Assembly: GCA_973895155.1 (NCBI GenBank) | Contig: OZ316891.1 | Span: 9,549,875-9,613,874, forward strand | Source: Marsupella aquatica | Lineage: Eukaryota; Plantae; Marchantiophyta | Reading direction: 5' to 3' | Length of the DNA stretch: 64,000 nucleotides | Part shown: positions 52,458 to 64,000 of the stretch, piece by piece | How positions within the stretch are numbered: the first letter of the stretch is position 1 | How the letters are laid out: every line of letters starts with the position of its first letter | Made by a program: the position numbers and the translations under genes | The notes under the pieces: generated by a model | Database searches by the model: none | The model's input: the letters and a program-made list of their open reading frames with translations, nothing else | Told to the model about the DNA's origin: nothing

Positions 52458-54143
52458 CTACGCCAACGAACGCTTATTCTCCGCAGCCTTCTGTTCCATC
52501 TCCGCACTCGCCATATCATCCGCATCCTCACCAGAAAGGTCTTCAAGTGACCGTCCTTTCGTTTCAGGAATGAAAATGGCGGTAAACCCCAGTCCTAGGG
52601 TGCAGCATATTGCGAGAAGTAGAAAACTGTACTCGAATCCAATACCCGGAGAAAAATGCGGGTCTGTGCTACCCCCGTGCGACTCGTCCTGGCTCGCGTA
52701 CAGGAAACCGAAGGTTCCAACGATGGATCCCGCCTTTCCTGCGGCGGACGAAATTCCGTGGCAAGTGGAGCGCAGCCTGGCGGGGAAGAGCTCGGCGGGC
52801 ACGATGAAGGTGGTGGCATTTGGGCCGAAATTGGAGAAGAAGAAAGTGAGTCCGTAGAGGATGATGAAAGCCAGAGCGTTTCCGTTCCTATACCCGGTTG
52901 GATACGCGGCTGAATCTGAAACCTGATATCCCCTCAACTTGTAGAAATCGAATGCCAGAATGTACATGAACACGCTCATCATGAAGAATCCCATCAGCTG
53001 GATTGGCTTACGACCAATTATGTCGATGAACACAACGGTGAACCAGTACCCAGGCACAGTCCCCGCCAATGTAATGAAAGCCTGCGAGCGCGCAATTTTA
53101 AAGGTTTCCTCCAGAGCGCTCATGCTTTTCGCCGGATCAACCCATCCGGACGCTTGAAACATTCTGGGCTGGAACAGACTCTGACTGTAAAAGGATACAT
53201 CCAGCAGGAACCATGTCGTGCAAGTTCCGATCAACTCCATCCCGTGACGTCTAACAAATTCGTTGCTGAACAAACCAAATTCTGAGTTGTGGGTCGTCGC
53301 CGCCTTGGCAACTCCAGCGGTGTCGAAATTCGTGTGGAGAACTCTTTCCATATCGAGGACTGCTTGCTCCTGATTTTTCACGATCAAGGCAGTGTAGCGG
53401 GCAGTTTCGGGCATCTTAGATCTAGAATAGAAGGTCAAGGCAGCAGGAACTGCTCCGAGCATGAGTACTATCCGCCACACCCAATCCGCGTGTCGTGCAA
53501 CAGAAGGATCGTTGTCTCCTGTATGGGTCGCAGCACTGAAAGGTAGACGAGGATCAGAATTGTTGAATATGGCAGTAACACTGAGAGTCACAGCAGCTGC
53601 TGCGAGATATCCAATTCCTTGCATTGCAAACACCGCAGCGACAAACGCCCCTCGCGTCCTTGTGTTCGAGTACTCCGACATGATGGTCGCAGACAGGGGG
53701 TAGTCTCCTCCAATGCCAAACCCGAGCCAGAACCGGAAGAAGCAGAGGGTGGTGATCACGGCGGTCGGTGAAGTACCAATTGATAGACCTTGGCCAAGCG
53801 AAGCAACGACCATTAGCGCCAGCGTGATTCCGTAAACCCTCTTTCGCCCCCATCTGTCTCCGGCCCAACCGAAGAAGAGCTGGCCGAAGAGAGTCCCACA
53901 GAGAGCCACTCCAAGAACACCAGCAAGCGGAATGGGAGGAAGAGTTCCCGGCTTAAGGGTAGAGGCATGGGGTTCATAATAGTAGATGCGACCGAGCAGC
54001 TTCTGCACGCATGATATTACAAACAGATCATAAGCATCAGTGAAAAATCCCATGCCTGCGATAACGATTGCCTTGAAGTGGTACGTTTGCGTCTTCGCTT
54101 TGTCCAATGCTTTTAGCACTGGGTTGCCCCCTACGCTCGCCAT
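52458..54143 (-). CDS. PHT1: PHT1-family phosphate transporter, copy 3
   Basis: Same motifs as copy 1, including [16 protein letters not shown] at 54143. Confidence 0.97.
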   Translation of the reverse strand: MASVGGNPVLKALDKAKTQTYHFKAIVIAGMGFFTDAYDLFVISCVQKLLGRIYYYEPHASTLKPGTLPPIPLAGVLGVALCGTLFGQLFFGWAGDRWGRKRVYGITLALMVVASLGQGLSIGTSPTAVITTLCFFRFWLGFGIGGDYPLSATIMSEYSNTRTRGAFVAAVFAMQGIGYLAAAAVTLSVTAIFNNSDPRLPFSAATHTGDNDPSVARHADWVWRIVLMLGAVPAALTFYSRSKMPETARYTALIVKNQEQAVLDMERVLHTNFDTAGVAKAATTHNSEFGLFSNEFVRRHGMELIGTCTTWFLLDVSFYSQSLFQPRMFQASGWVDPAKSMSALEETFKIARSQAFITLAGTVPGYWFTVVFIDIIGRKPIQLMGFFMMSVFMYILAFDFYKLRGYQVSDSAAYPTGYRNGNALAFIILYGLTFFFSNFGPNATTFIVPAELFPARLRSTCHGISSAAGKAGSIVGTFGFLYASQDESHGGSTDPHFSPGIGFEYSFLLLAICCTLGLGFTAIFIPETKGRSLEDLSGEDADDMASAEMEQKAAENKRSLA

Positions 54144-55756
54144 CTCCACGTACTGCACTTGCTAAATCTACGACAGGTTGGTAAGAATTTAAAGGAGAAG
54201 ACAATTCGGGGATGATGACCGTCCAGCTCAACCGACTAACTAACCAATCGGGCAGTCCTCGGTCATGGGGATCCAATTCGAGCCTGCTGGCAATATTGAA
54301 GTAAGGCCCTGCGAGCGAGCTTGCGAGAACTTATGTATCCGCGATACTAGCCCTTCCGTGATGATGTACAGCGATAGAACTTGGGAGTGAGTCTGCTCGG
54401 GAAAACGTGAGAAAACGGTAAAAGCGTTTGGGCTTGATTCAATTTGTCTTTTGCTACTGTACCCAATTCTTTCTTTCGGCATGGCACGTACTCCGTCATT
54501 GAAAGAGGGCGAAGACACTGATGTCGTTGATACTTGGTACCGGATCTTTGCAAAGCATATGTTGGAAGGATTCCCCGTGTCTGGATTTTCTCACCAAGGT
54601 GTTCTGTCTGCATATCTATTGCGCATATAAATATAAGTTATCCAGAACTCCAAAGTGACCACCGCGTGGAGTATATAATGGAACACGGAAGTTGGGGGAA
54701 AAAAGGTCAATAAAATATCACCGAGCGATCAATGCTCTTAAAATATCCTCATCACTTGACAATACTGGCGACTATTTTGATCTGTGGCGACTATTTGATC
54801 AGACAAGATCGAGCTAGGAAGCTTTCAACCGCTAATGTACATAGCGGACAAGAAGCGCAAACATTGACTGAGGTGTGTACACGGACGGATCGACCAGAGT
54901 CGACAACAAGGCATATGTAATGGATGTTCGAGGCAGCTGTCACCGGTGATCAATACATATACTACGCACCAGATTGTCAACAAGCCTGCAGGACAATGCA
55001 AGAGTCTCGGCAGTTTACGCGCGCAAGCTTCATTTTGTTGTTTTTAATTGCTTTGTTGTTCCTCACTCCTTACTTTTATGATAGAAGTTTGAGAACACGG
55101 AAACCTCAGAGCATATATATACACAGCTCGGCCCATCCGAAGGCACCTCACAACAGTAAATTAGCCACGAAATATATTTTGCTGGGACAAAATTCTGCTG
55201 GGACAATTTTTCATTGGACAATCATGCTGCAGGGCTACGTATGACGAAGCGAACATGGGGACCTTGACGATATATGTTCAATTCGTGCTACTCTCGATTT
55301 ACGCCACAATCAGAGCCTAAGCAATACGGCATTGCAGATCCAATTGTTGTATTTGAAGAGTCCACGTAAAATTGTGTCGATCAACCCAATACACTTGTCT
55401 GATGATCACAAAATTCCATAACATGACATAAAGGTCAAGATCCTCAATTTAATTCTAATAGCTGCAGCCTCCTGACGCTTTCAAATGAATCATGTTACGT
55501 ACAACAGCCTGTCCCTTTGATAAATGAAGTTCTGGGAGGTTAAATTGTGTATATATTGAGGTGTAAAATGTGGTTAGTACAGTTGACACCGTATATGAAA
55601 ATGCTCGTTGTAAAGCTGCAAACAAGATAAATTCTTTGTACACGTCCAAGATTTACATTAAGTAATTTTACCCTGATCATGCAAGATGATTCAGACTTGA
55701 GATCGAGCTTGTACGTGTCCTGCATTATATTTATCGAAAATATCGTCAGATCCGAG

Positions 55757-55764
55757 GCATATCC
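55757..55764. promoter_or_regulatory. P1BS upstream of PHT1 copy 3
   Basis: GCATATCC at the position homologous to 38951 and 45330. Confidence 0.6.
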
Positions 55765-57279
55765 ATCCGAGAGAGTAAGAAGCACTCTAAAGTACATACT
55801 AGTACTCGAGCATCAATGTCGAATCCAACGACAGATTTAAGCAACTTAATTTTGTTTTATCCTACTGCGCGCAGCTTCAAACGTAGCTTGTAGAAGAGAT
55901 CAATCCTGGGTGTGATCATTTACGAGATGGACTAACTTATAGCTCAAGACCAATCACTTCTGTACAGTTCCCGGAGATCATCTACTGCCATTCAAAGCTT
56001 CGGTCGATCAATGAATTGCAAGCCTTAATTTGAACGCAGTGACCTTTCCAACATGTACACCACGGATCAGAAACTGTCTGTCCTGCAACTTACAGACAAT
56101 GAGTACATGACTCTCTTGTTCTAACTTTGAACCTGCAGCTGAATTCGGAGCTTTTGACATGCGGATCGGTGGCTAGCTCTTCAAAATGTTTGTGTGAGAG
56201 TGCTATTCAAGGGCTTGTTGAAGGCGGGGTTGAAGGTGAGTTAATCCCTGCAAAATTCGAGGATGAGTGATATCAGGATACACATGAAGCTCAGTTCCAT
56301 TAGTCTAGAGCAGTGCCGCAACAGAAAACTTGTCAATTCAGCTTTTGTCTCGGACTATTGAAACTGTTTTCCTCGAGCTTGAGTGTGATTCATTCGACGC
56401 GGAGTGGCCCTGCGAGTTTTAAATTTGAGGGAGAGACTACAGTGCCTCAGATGCCCACCTGCGGAATTTTAGATCGGAGAGCGAAAGTAAATTGTTTCGA
56501 GAGACAAACTGACAGAGTGACGATCATCTGTCAGTTGAGGGAATTAAGAGCTCTGCCGAACAATGACATGGAAAAATCAGACCGGAAAAATTGAATTCCT
56601 AATAACAGCATTGAAGAGACCCTGCAAAATTCGAATTCGTAATAAATAATGAAGAGACTGATGACCTTGCTTAAAATTGGATTGTTGAGCCAGAGAGAGA
56701 GAGAGTACAGAAACTAGTTGTTGCGGGTATATCTCCTATCCAGAGAGAGAGAGAGAGAGACGGAAATCGATGAGATGTCTAACCCAAAGGTTTTGCTCGG
56801 ATAGGATCTCTAGCTAGAACATGAAGTTTGAGTATGATAGCAGCCTGGTTCACATCTCGTGAGTGAAGACTAGAAGACGAGATGCAATCAATTCACATGA
56901 AAGGTGCATTGAACCAGGGTTTTATGTGAAGTCTCCCAGCAGTCTTCTAGATGAGTGTTTTGGTCAGATCAATGGTTTGAGAAGCTCTCCACCTTGTGAG
57001 GGCATGCCATTCTTCAATTCTATTATTTGCTGAAGTTGAGTTAGCTTTCCTGGCATCCAGGATGCTGCCCTCGCTGTCCATTAATTCTTGCAATCAATAC
57101 TTAAAAAAAAATAGCCTCAAAAGAACCAATGAAATTCATAAAGCAAGCATACAACTGGGCACCCATGAGCAACAGGGAACCCATGAGGGACAAGCACTGT
57201 GGTGCTGTGTTAAACTTATGTCAAGTTAATCTGATCCGTTACTACTATAGTACATCATAACATAAAACCAATACACTAT

Positions 57280-57426
57280 AATTATGATCTACAAATCAAC
57301 TGATTTGAAGTATATGTGTCTTAGTTTATATAAAATTATGATCTACAAAGATTTGAAGTATATGTGTCTTAGTTTATATATAATTATGATCTACAAACCA
57401 TTTGAAGTACATGTGTCTTGGTTTAT
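57280..57426. repeat. Minisatellite, ~48-54 bp unit, 3 copies
   Basis: AATTATGATCTACAAA...ATTTGAAGTATATGTGTCTTAGTTTAT occurs 3 times. Confidence 0.85.
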
Positions 57427-59019
57427 GTTCTGGTTGTATAATTGGACTAAAATCAATGTGCCCAGAAAATCTGGGGAGGCCAGCACCACAAGAGGAGCTG
57501 TCCATTTAATTCTTGCAATCAATAGTTAATTAAGTTTGGACATTCAAACTGGATGTGGCACATGAAATTGGGTGTGCCATATAAACACATCAGTGGGAAA
57601 CTGACTCCCACCACCAGCCAGGAGTGGAAGCATGAGACCCCTACTCCAGGTTCCTGCCCATTGATTCACCACCACCTCACCAGTTTTCTTGTCAACATTG
57701 GACTCATCCCAATTTCCCTGGGTCTTCACTGAATGAAGCTTTAAGAGTTCATTTTTAGGGCACAGAATACTTTCATTTGCAGCGTTTACTAGGGTTTTGT
57801 CATCACAATCTTTGATGGGTTGTCAGCATGGCGATCTATGAATTTTCTTCTTTTCTTTGACGCTGAATCTTTCATGTGCAATAGACTTGCATGGTACATG
57901 GTACAACCCACAAGGGTTCTCTTTCTCCATGGCACCAACAAAACAATGGGTCTTTGATAGGTTGTCAGCATGGAGATCTTTAGGGTTTTTTTATCCTCAC
58001 TTTCCCAGGGGTCTTCAGAGCGTGGAGATCCAAGAGCTTTCTTTTTATGACATGGAAATTTTCATTCACAAGAGATTTATGTGCTACTTGGCACAATCCA
58101 CAAGAGGTTTGGCTGGGTTTGAATATTTTCTGTGATACTTCATCCTGGGTAGATTTGTGTAACACTTGGCATAACCCACACACACCTAGTACCAACCCTC
58201 CTTAACACCCATTGAGAGAGTGGGGCTTGAACCCAACTAAGACCCTCAACCGCAAGTCACTTCAACTAGACCAGTAGACCCTACTCAAGTGGTTTGATGA
58301 AAGTTTTTCCTCAGTTGTTTTGTGTAATTGAATTATCACTTTACTTAGGGTGACTTGTGACCTTTTATCACCAAAACAAACTGGAGGTTCATTTCTTGTT
58401 CTAAAAGTAGACTCCAGGGCAAACACATTTGAAATGAAGCTGAAAAAATACTGCAAATCACTTGAATGAAGTGCCAAGGTTTGGAAATTTTTGGGGCACG
58501 TCTGCAGGGGTGGAAGGAATAAAAAGGAACAACAGTCCCCACTGCTTGTAAATCCGGCCACACCTGAAATGAAATGTCAAAGATGGAATGATACACTAGA
58601 CAAAGCCCATTAGCTCATCACACTCTGGAAGTGGTAGATCTCCCCCCTTTTCTTTTCAAGTGGAATGCTGTAAAATTTTGGAGCTTGTATTTCATGACCC
58701 TATAGTTGATTTGATCTGCATCCATCCATCTTTTCTTTATTAGGGCGTCACACAGCTTCAAACTAAGTTGCAGACAATGACTTTTGGCATATATACACAA
58801 ATGGTTGTAACTTTTTCACAGTGAACATAATGTAAACGCTTAAAAAATCACTAACCTCTACAGTGACTTGCGGTCATGGCATACGACCAATCTTAATTTA
58901 ATATGGCAAAAAGTTAAGGACTACAAATTTGGTAGTCCTAACTTCTTCTGTTCGTAACCTTAACTACTAAGTTAAGGTCCATCAAAATAATTTGAAAATG
59001 TGAGACACCCTATTGTACT

Positions 59020-60430
59020 TTGTTTGGCCCTCTTTTAACAATAAACTGGAGTTAAATTTTTTTTCACTTTGAAGAGGAGCAGAAAAGAGTATTAGATAGC
59101 TAGCAATCATTATTGGTGCTGCATGTTTTTTCTCAGATTGCTTTGATTTCATGACCTTCCTCTAATGTAGATCCACATTCATCCATCTTTTTCTTCATTA
59201 CACTCTGTTTGGCCCTTTTTTTCCTAAAATAAACTTGGAGTGAATTATTTTCCCTTTGAAGAGGAGCAGAAACTGTAGCTAGCCATCATTATTGGTCTAC
59301 CATTTTAGATCCCTTGCTTATATTTCAGGCTACACTAGATCCACATCCACCCATCTTTTGTTTGGCCCTTTTTGGTAATAAACTTGGAGTGTATTATATT
59401 CACTTTGAAGAGGACCAGATAGCCACAGAAGCCATCCATCATCATTCGTCTAACATTTTCGATCCCTTGCTTATATTTCAGCCTACAGTAGATCCACATC
59501 AACCCACCTTTTGTTTAGCCCTTTTTGGTAAATGAACTTGGAGTCTGTTATTTTCACTTTGAAGAGGAGCAGATAGTTATAGAAGCCATCCATCATTATT
59601 AATCTAACATTTCTATCCTTTGCTTATATTTCAGGCTACAGTAGATCCACATCAACCCATCTTTTGTTGGGCCCTTTTTGGTAAATAAAGTTGGAGTGTA
59701 TTATTTTCACTTTGAAGAGGAGGAGGTAGTTATAGAAGCCATCCATCATTATTGGTCTGACTAACATTTTTTATCCTTTGCTTATATTTCAGGCTACAGT
59801 AGACAGACATCAACCCACCTTTTGTTGGGCCCTTTTTGGTAAATAAACTTGGAGTGACTGTATTATTTTCACTTTGAAGAGGAGGAGGTAGTTATAGAAG
59901 CCATGCATCATTATTAATCTAACATTTTTTATACTTTGCTTATATTTCAGGCTACAGTAGATCCACATGAACCCATCTTTTGTTGGGCCCTTTTCGGTAA
60001 ATAAACTTGGAGTGACTGTATTATTTTCACTTTGAAGTGGAGCAGATAGTTATACAAGCCATCCATCATTATTGGTCTAATATTTTTTGATCCCTTGCTT
60101 ATATTTCAGGCTACAGTGGATCCACATGAACCCATCTTTTGTTGGGTCCTTTTTGGTAAATAGACTTGGAGTGTATTATTGTCACTTTGAAGAGGAGCAG
60201 GTAGTTATAGAAGCCATCCATCATTATTGGTCTAACATTTTCGATCCCTTGCTTATATTTCAGGTTACAGTGGATCCACATGAACCCATCTTTGGTTGGG
60301 CCCTTTTTGGTAAATAGACTTGGAGTGTATTATTGTCACTTTGAAGAGGAGCAGGTAGCTCTAGAAGCCATCATTATTGGTGTAACACTCTCTTGCGTGT
60401 ATTGCGTGACCTTCCTCTACAGTAGATCCA
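59020..60430. repeat. Tandem array of ~155-bp units, ~9 copies
   Basis: A CACTTTGAAGAGGA-type anchor recurs at ~59065, 59252, 59401, 59555, 59708, 59870, 60028, 60183 and 60337, with conserved sequence between anchors. Confidence 0.92.
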
Positions 60431-61522
60431 TAGCCATTCATCTGCTAGACCATCTTTGACATCGCTCGCTTGGTTTGTCAATTGCTTCGCAACGACTATA
60501 GTAGATTGAAGCTCTCTGTTCTGGCTTCACGCAGCAATCTTCTCGGCTCTATCAATTGACCTCTGTGTCCTTCAAGCAGTTCCCCACTAGGTCGGAGCAT
60601 TTCCTCAAATCTGAGCTTTACTCACACAGCGTCTCGTTTCTGTTGGCTCGTACCTTTGGTTTAAGCATTTCGTTGAAGCTTAGCACAGACATCTTAGTTT
60701 TTCAAAGATTGCCTTGTCTGTGCACTGGATATTCGAGCATTCTGTGATGAGCGATCTTTGACATACTAAAATTTCGGCTCCTGCAGGTCACCAACTTCAG
60801 CTTCTCTCTCTGGCAGGCAATCGGACTCCCGGTCATCATGGTCTAACAAGAAGCAACTGAAACAGAATTAAGAGTCTGGCCCGGCTCCTTACCCTCCTGT
60901 CTCTTGCGATTTCTCCTTGCAGACAACGATTTTGCTAGGGAGAGCCCTCACTTCGCTCGGGAATCAAGTATCATGGACAACGGGGGTATTTGGTCTGACT
61001 GTTGCCCTTGTTAGCTTTCCTTCTTCGTTTCCTTTCAGAATTGTTTTCCAGAATCGCTTTTCTCTGCGGGACAACCCCAAACCCTAAACCTATTGACTCA
61101 GTTTCCATTTACAGTGAAAAACTGCTGCGTGCTTTGATCCTCAGTGTCCCATCGCCATCACGACGGCTTGGATCTGAATTCCTAGCCGCTGGCAGACCAT
61201 CAGCCAGGGCAGGGTAGTTGCCAATGTGTTTATCTTCCTGCTGTGGGTCCATCTGTTCGTTGCTTGATTACTACTTTGATCATCATGCTCAGCTAGCTTT
61301 CAGAAGTCTTTTAATCATGAGTGTCCTTAAGATACCAAAGGAGAACGGCTGTCCATCTGAATTCCACATTCTTCCTCCTGAGGGAGTGCTGATGAGCAGT
61401 CGAAAGCTTGATTGTCGTGATGGTGTCTCATTTTCTGGTTTCAAAATCTGCGGTTGCAGAACCGGAGGATTTCGCAGGCAACACTGGCGGCAAGTGATAT
61501 AGCCATCCAACATAAGAGAAAA

Positions 61523-62483
61523 ATGTGGGCGCCACTCACTGCAGAGGGAGTAGAGGTTTTCGGGCTGGCCGTTTATCAGTGCTTGCACCGCTGGACAGCA
61601 TTGCAGCTCGCAGTACACAATGAGTGGGGAGGCTCCTCTTCTGTGCTCAAAGCTCAGCAGTTTCAGTCCGAGATTGTGGCCTTCTTTACTCGTTCGAAAG
61701 GTACATTTCTCCCCTACTCTGTCTGGACCATTGCATGCTGAAATTCTTCAACACTCAGTTTGACAACAGGAGTTCTTTTGAGGCGGACGTGGAGCCTCTA
61801 ATTGTGTTGTCTAATTGGGATTGATACTGTTGAATTGTAGCAGAGGTACGATACATTGATGAGCTGGAAGATCTGTTGGACCAGTGCATGCTGGAATTTT
61901 TCAACACTGAGATCGAGGATGGGAGTTTATTTGAGGTGGGTGTGAAGCCTGTTAGTCTGTTGCACAAAGCGAATCTCTACCAGTGGATGCCTCCGGGTAG
62001 TAGTCGTCTTTCTTATATCTCTCTGTGATCAAGTGAAAAGTTGAGTAGTTGTTTTTAAACCCTAAACACATCACTGTTTTCTGCTATGATGTCAAGGAGG
62101 TTTCTGTTCTTTAATCGGGTAGCCTGTGAATGGCCGTCGGTTAAATACAGGTTGCTGAGCAGGTCATGAGCATGCATGAAGAAAGCATGCTTGGAAATTA
62201 TGAGAATGTGAGGCGCATGTGTACTCCAGCTCCTGGAAGTGGACAGTCGGTGCTTGACAGTAGGGAAAAAGAGGTTGAAGATGAGGTTGAAAATTCAGGC
62301 AATCATCAAGTTGCCAACTCACGAGATGAAGAGGGTATGGACATGGAGCAGTCATTGCCAACAGCTGCAATTGCTTCCGGCTCAACATCAAGCCCTGCTC
62401 AAGCGCCAGTATTGACTGAAGAAGAAATGGCTGATGGTTGGCAACAAGCTCCCGTCAGGAAGGGGAGACGTGGCAAGACTTGA
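61523..62483 (+). CDS. TSR2: Pre-rRNA-processing protein TSR2 (WGG domain), 3 coding exons: 61523-61700, 61841/61844-61935, 62151-62483
   Basis: RWTALQLAVHNEWGG, YIDELEDLL..FNTEIEDGSLFEVAEQ, an acidic linker, and a C-terminal DGWQQAPVRKGRR. Introns are GT-AG. Confidence 0.9.
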
Positions 62484-63753
62484 GAGTAAAGTTTAGGTTT
62501 CACAGAAATAACGTTTATAGTAATTCTTTTACAATAGTCCTCTCAGAGATTCGTGAACCCCACACCATATACAAGATTTTATGTCTGCACTATTACAGTG
62601 CGAGTTACTAATGAGAATGAGTCGCACAAACTATTCCACGGTGAGAACCAGAGGCTGCCGGTGTTTATCCCAACGTTCTTTGGCTGAAAGGCTAAAAAAC
62701 ACGACTCAAAAGTACTTGAAGAATTGCATTTATCCTAAGCATTCTTGATTTTGATGTTAAGTTCTTGATAAGCTCACTGGTCCCATCTCTTCAAGATTTA
62801 GTGCCTGTGATATTATTATTATTATTTTGCTTTCGAATAATGACTCGCGTTGCTTTCCTGCATTCTTTGTCGATTGGACTCACCTGTCCGGAGGCAACGG
62901 ATCATGCGGGTCCTCACTTTGCAGCTCAATCTCCAGGCCAGCGTTGTCGATTTTTCTATCAACTGGCTTACTTGGTTGTCAGGATTTCGAAGGATTCATT
63001 CTCGAGACACAATTCGTCTAGTGCATGTAGTGACATTGTTGGTAAATGTGATTTTTGACCTTTTGTATTCAACAATTCAGTGAAGAAACTATTGTGTGAA
63101 AATTGTGCACAAAGCGTTTGCTCTATCTGCATGAAATCTTTGAAGGAGAAAAATCCAATCATCCAATGCAACTGGACTCGACAGCGTACCTGATTTCTCG
63201 ATTTGGCAAGTATTGAGGCAAGGAAGTATTGAGACAGCGTAGCAGGATCGATCAACCAGAACAATCTCAAGATTAAAGTAATGCTGTGTGGGTGCATCAC
63301 TCAATAACCACTTACCACACACCTTCCAAATTTTGGTGGAAGCAGGTAAAACGTGTACTGACAGTCGAGATTGATTGGATGGGCAGTGAAATCAATCCCC
63401 TTGAATGACGGGGTCGTTTCGAATTTTCTATTCATGATTCACGACATCCGTAGAAAACTACAAGACAGCTTTTCCGGAGGGTTGTAGTCTCATAGAATGA
63501 AGTCTAACAGAATGAACGTCTGAGAACCAAACATGTCGAACGGGAAAAACATGCGCTGTTACAATTACAAATTTTGGATCCTTCAATTGATTCCAATCTC
63601 CGCGAAAAGGTTTTACTCGGAGCCTCCTACGAAAATTTAATCGATATGTCGTTGGCAGTATGGTTCGGATTGAATGGCCAGAAGAAATTAATAGAAAATA
63701 CAAGTCTGAATTCGACAGAAACACTATGTACTACACCTAATTAAACGACTGTA

Positions 63754-64000
63754 TCAATATGGCCTCGCTTCTCCTCTGTGTCCAGCCGTCACAACGTTGT
63801 CCTCATCCTCTCCGGAAAGGTCTTCCAATGATCGTCCTTTTGTTTCAGGAACGAAAATGGCGGTAAACCCGAATCCCAGGGTGGAGCATATTGCGAGAAG
63901 TAGAAAACTGTACTTGTATCCAATACCCGGAGAATAATGCGCGTCTACCTTACCCCCGTGCGAATTGTCCTGGCTCGCGTATAGGAAACCGAAGGTTCCG
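63754..64000 (-). CDS. PHT1: 3' end of a fourth PHT1 copy (truncated by the window edge)
   Basis: Minus strand reads [81 protein letters not shown]. Confidence 0.92.
   Translation of the reverse strand, partial: GTFGFLYASQDNSHGGKVDAHYSPGIGYKYSFLLLAICSTLGFGFTAIFVPETKGRSLEDLSGEDEDNVVTAGHRGEARPY

Noticed and set aside
35617-54276. Repeated short antisense and alternative-frame ORFs over the PHT1 genes
   Set aside because: They are shadows of the duplicated PHT1 coding sequence.
56114-56122. TCTTGTTCT, a mycorrhizal CTTC/MYCS-like motif upstream of PHT1 copy 3
   Set aside because: It is a short motif 2 kb from the ATG, imperfect in copy 1 and absent in copy 2. This is not enough to call a symbiotic transporter.
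57540-58800. Fragmented coding-like sequence on the minus strand (possible transposase relic)
   Set aside because: I could not recognise a diagnostic motif without a database search.
59020-60430. CRISPR-like array
   Set aside because: The whole unit is repeated, with no unique spacers and no cas genes, in a eukaryotic context.

Overview
Eukaryotic land-plant nuclear DNA. A non-seed plant such as a bryophyte is my impression from the PHT1 and intron style, but this is not demonstrated. From left to right the window holds a 7-exon Gfo/Idh/MocA (myo-inositol 2-dehydrogenase-like) gene with a GC-AG intron, an 8-exon tonoplast dicarboxylate transporter (SLC13/DASS) gene, and an intronless secreted SMP-30/gluconolactonase-type beta-propeller gene. 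About 19 kb of transposon debris follows (MULE relic, solo LTR, Helitron 3' ends, MITEs, SINE-like heads). The right half is a tandem array of intronless PHT1 phosphate transporters (3 complete plus 1 running off the right edge) with duplicated, P1BS-bearing upstream regions. The array is interrupted by a ~155-bp tandem repeat and a TSR2 gene. The most striking feature is a structurally complete 332-bp miniature LTR retrotransposon (TRIM) at 33756-34087. It has two identical 137-bp LTRs, each carrying a tRNA-derived sequence with intact Pol III A and B boxes, plus a tRNA-iMet primer-binding site, a purine tract and a 5-bp target-site duplication. All coordinates were counted by eye and no database search was run.
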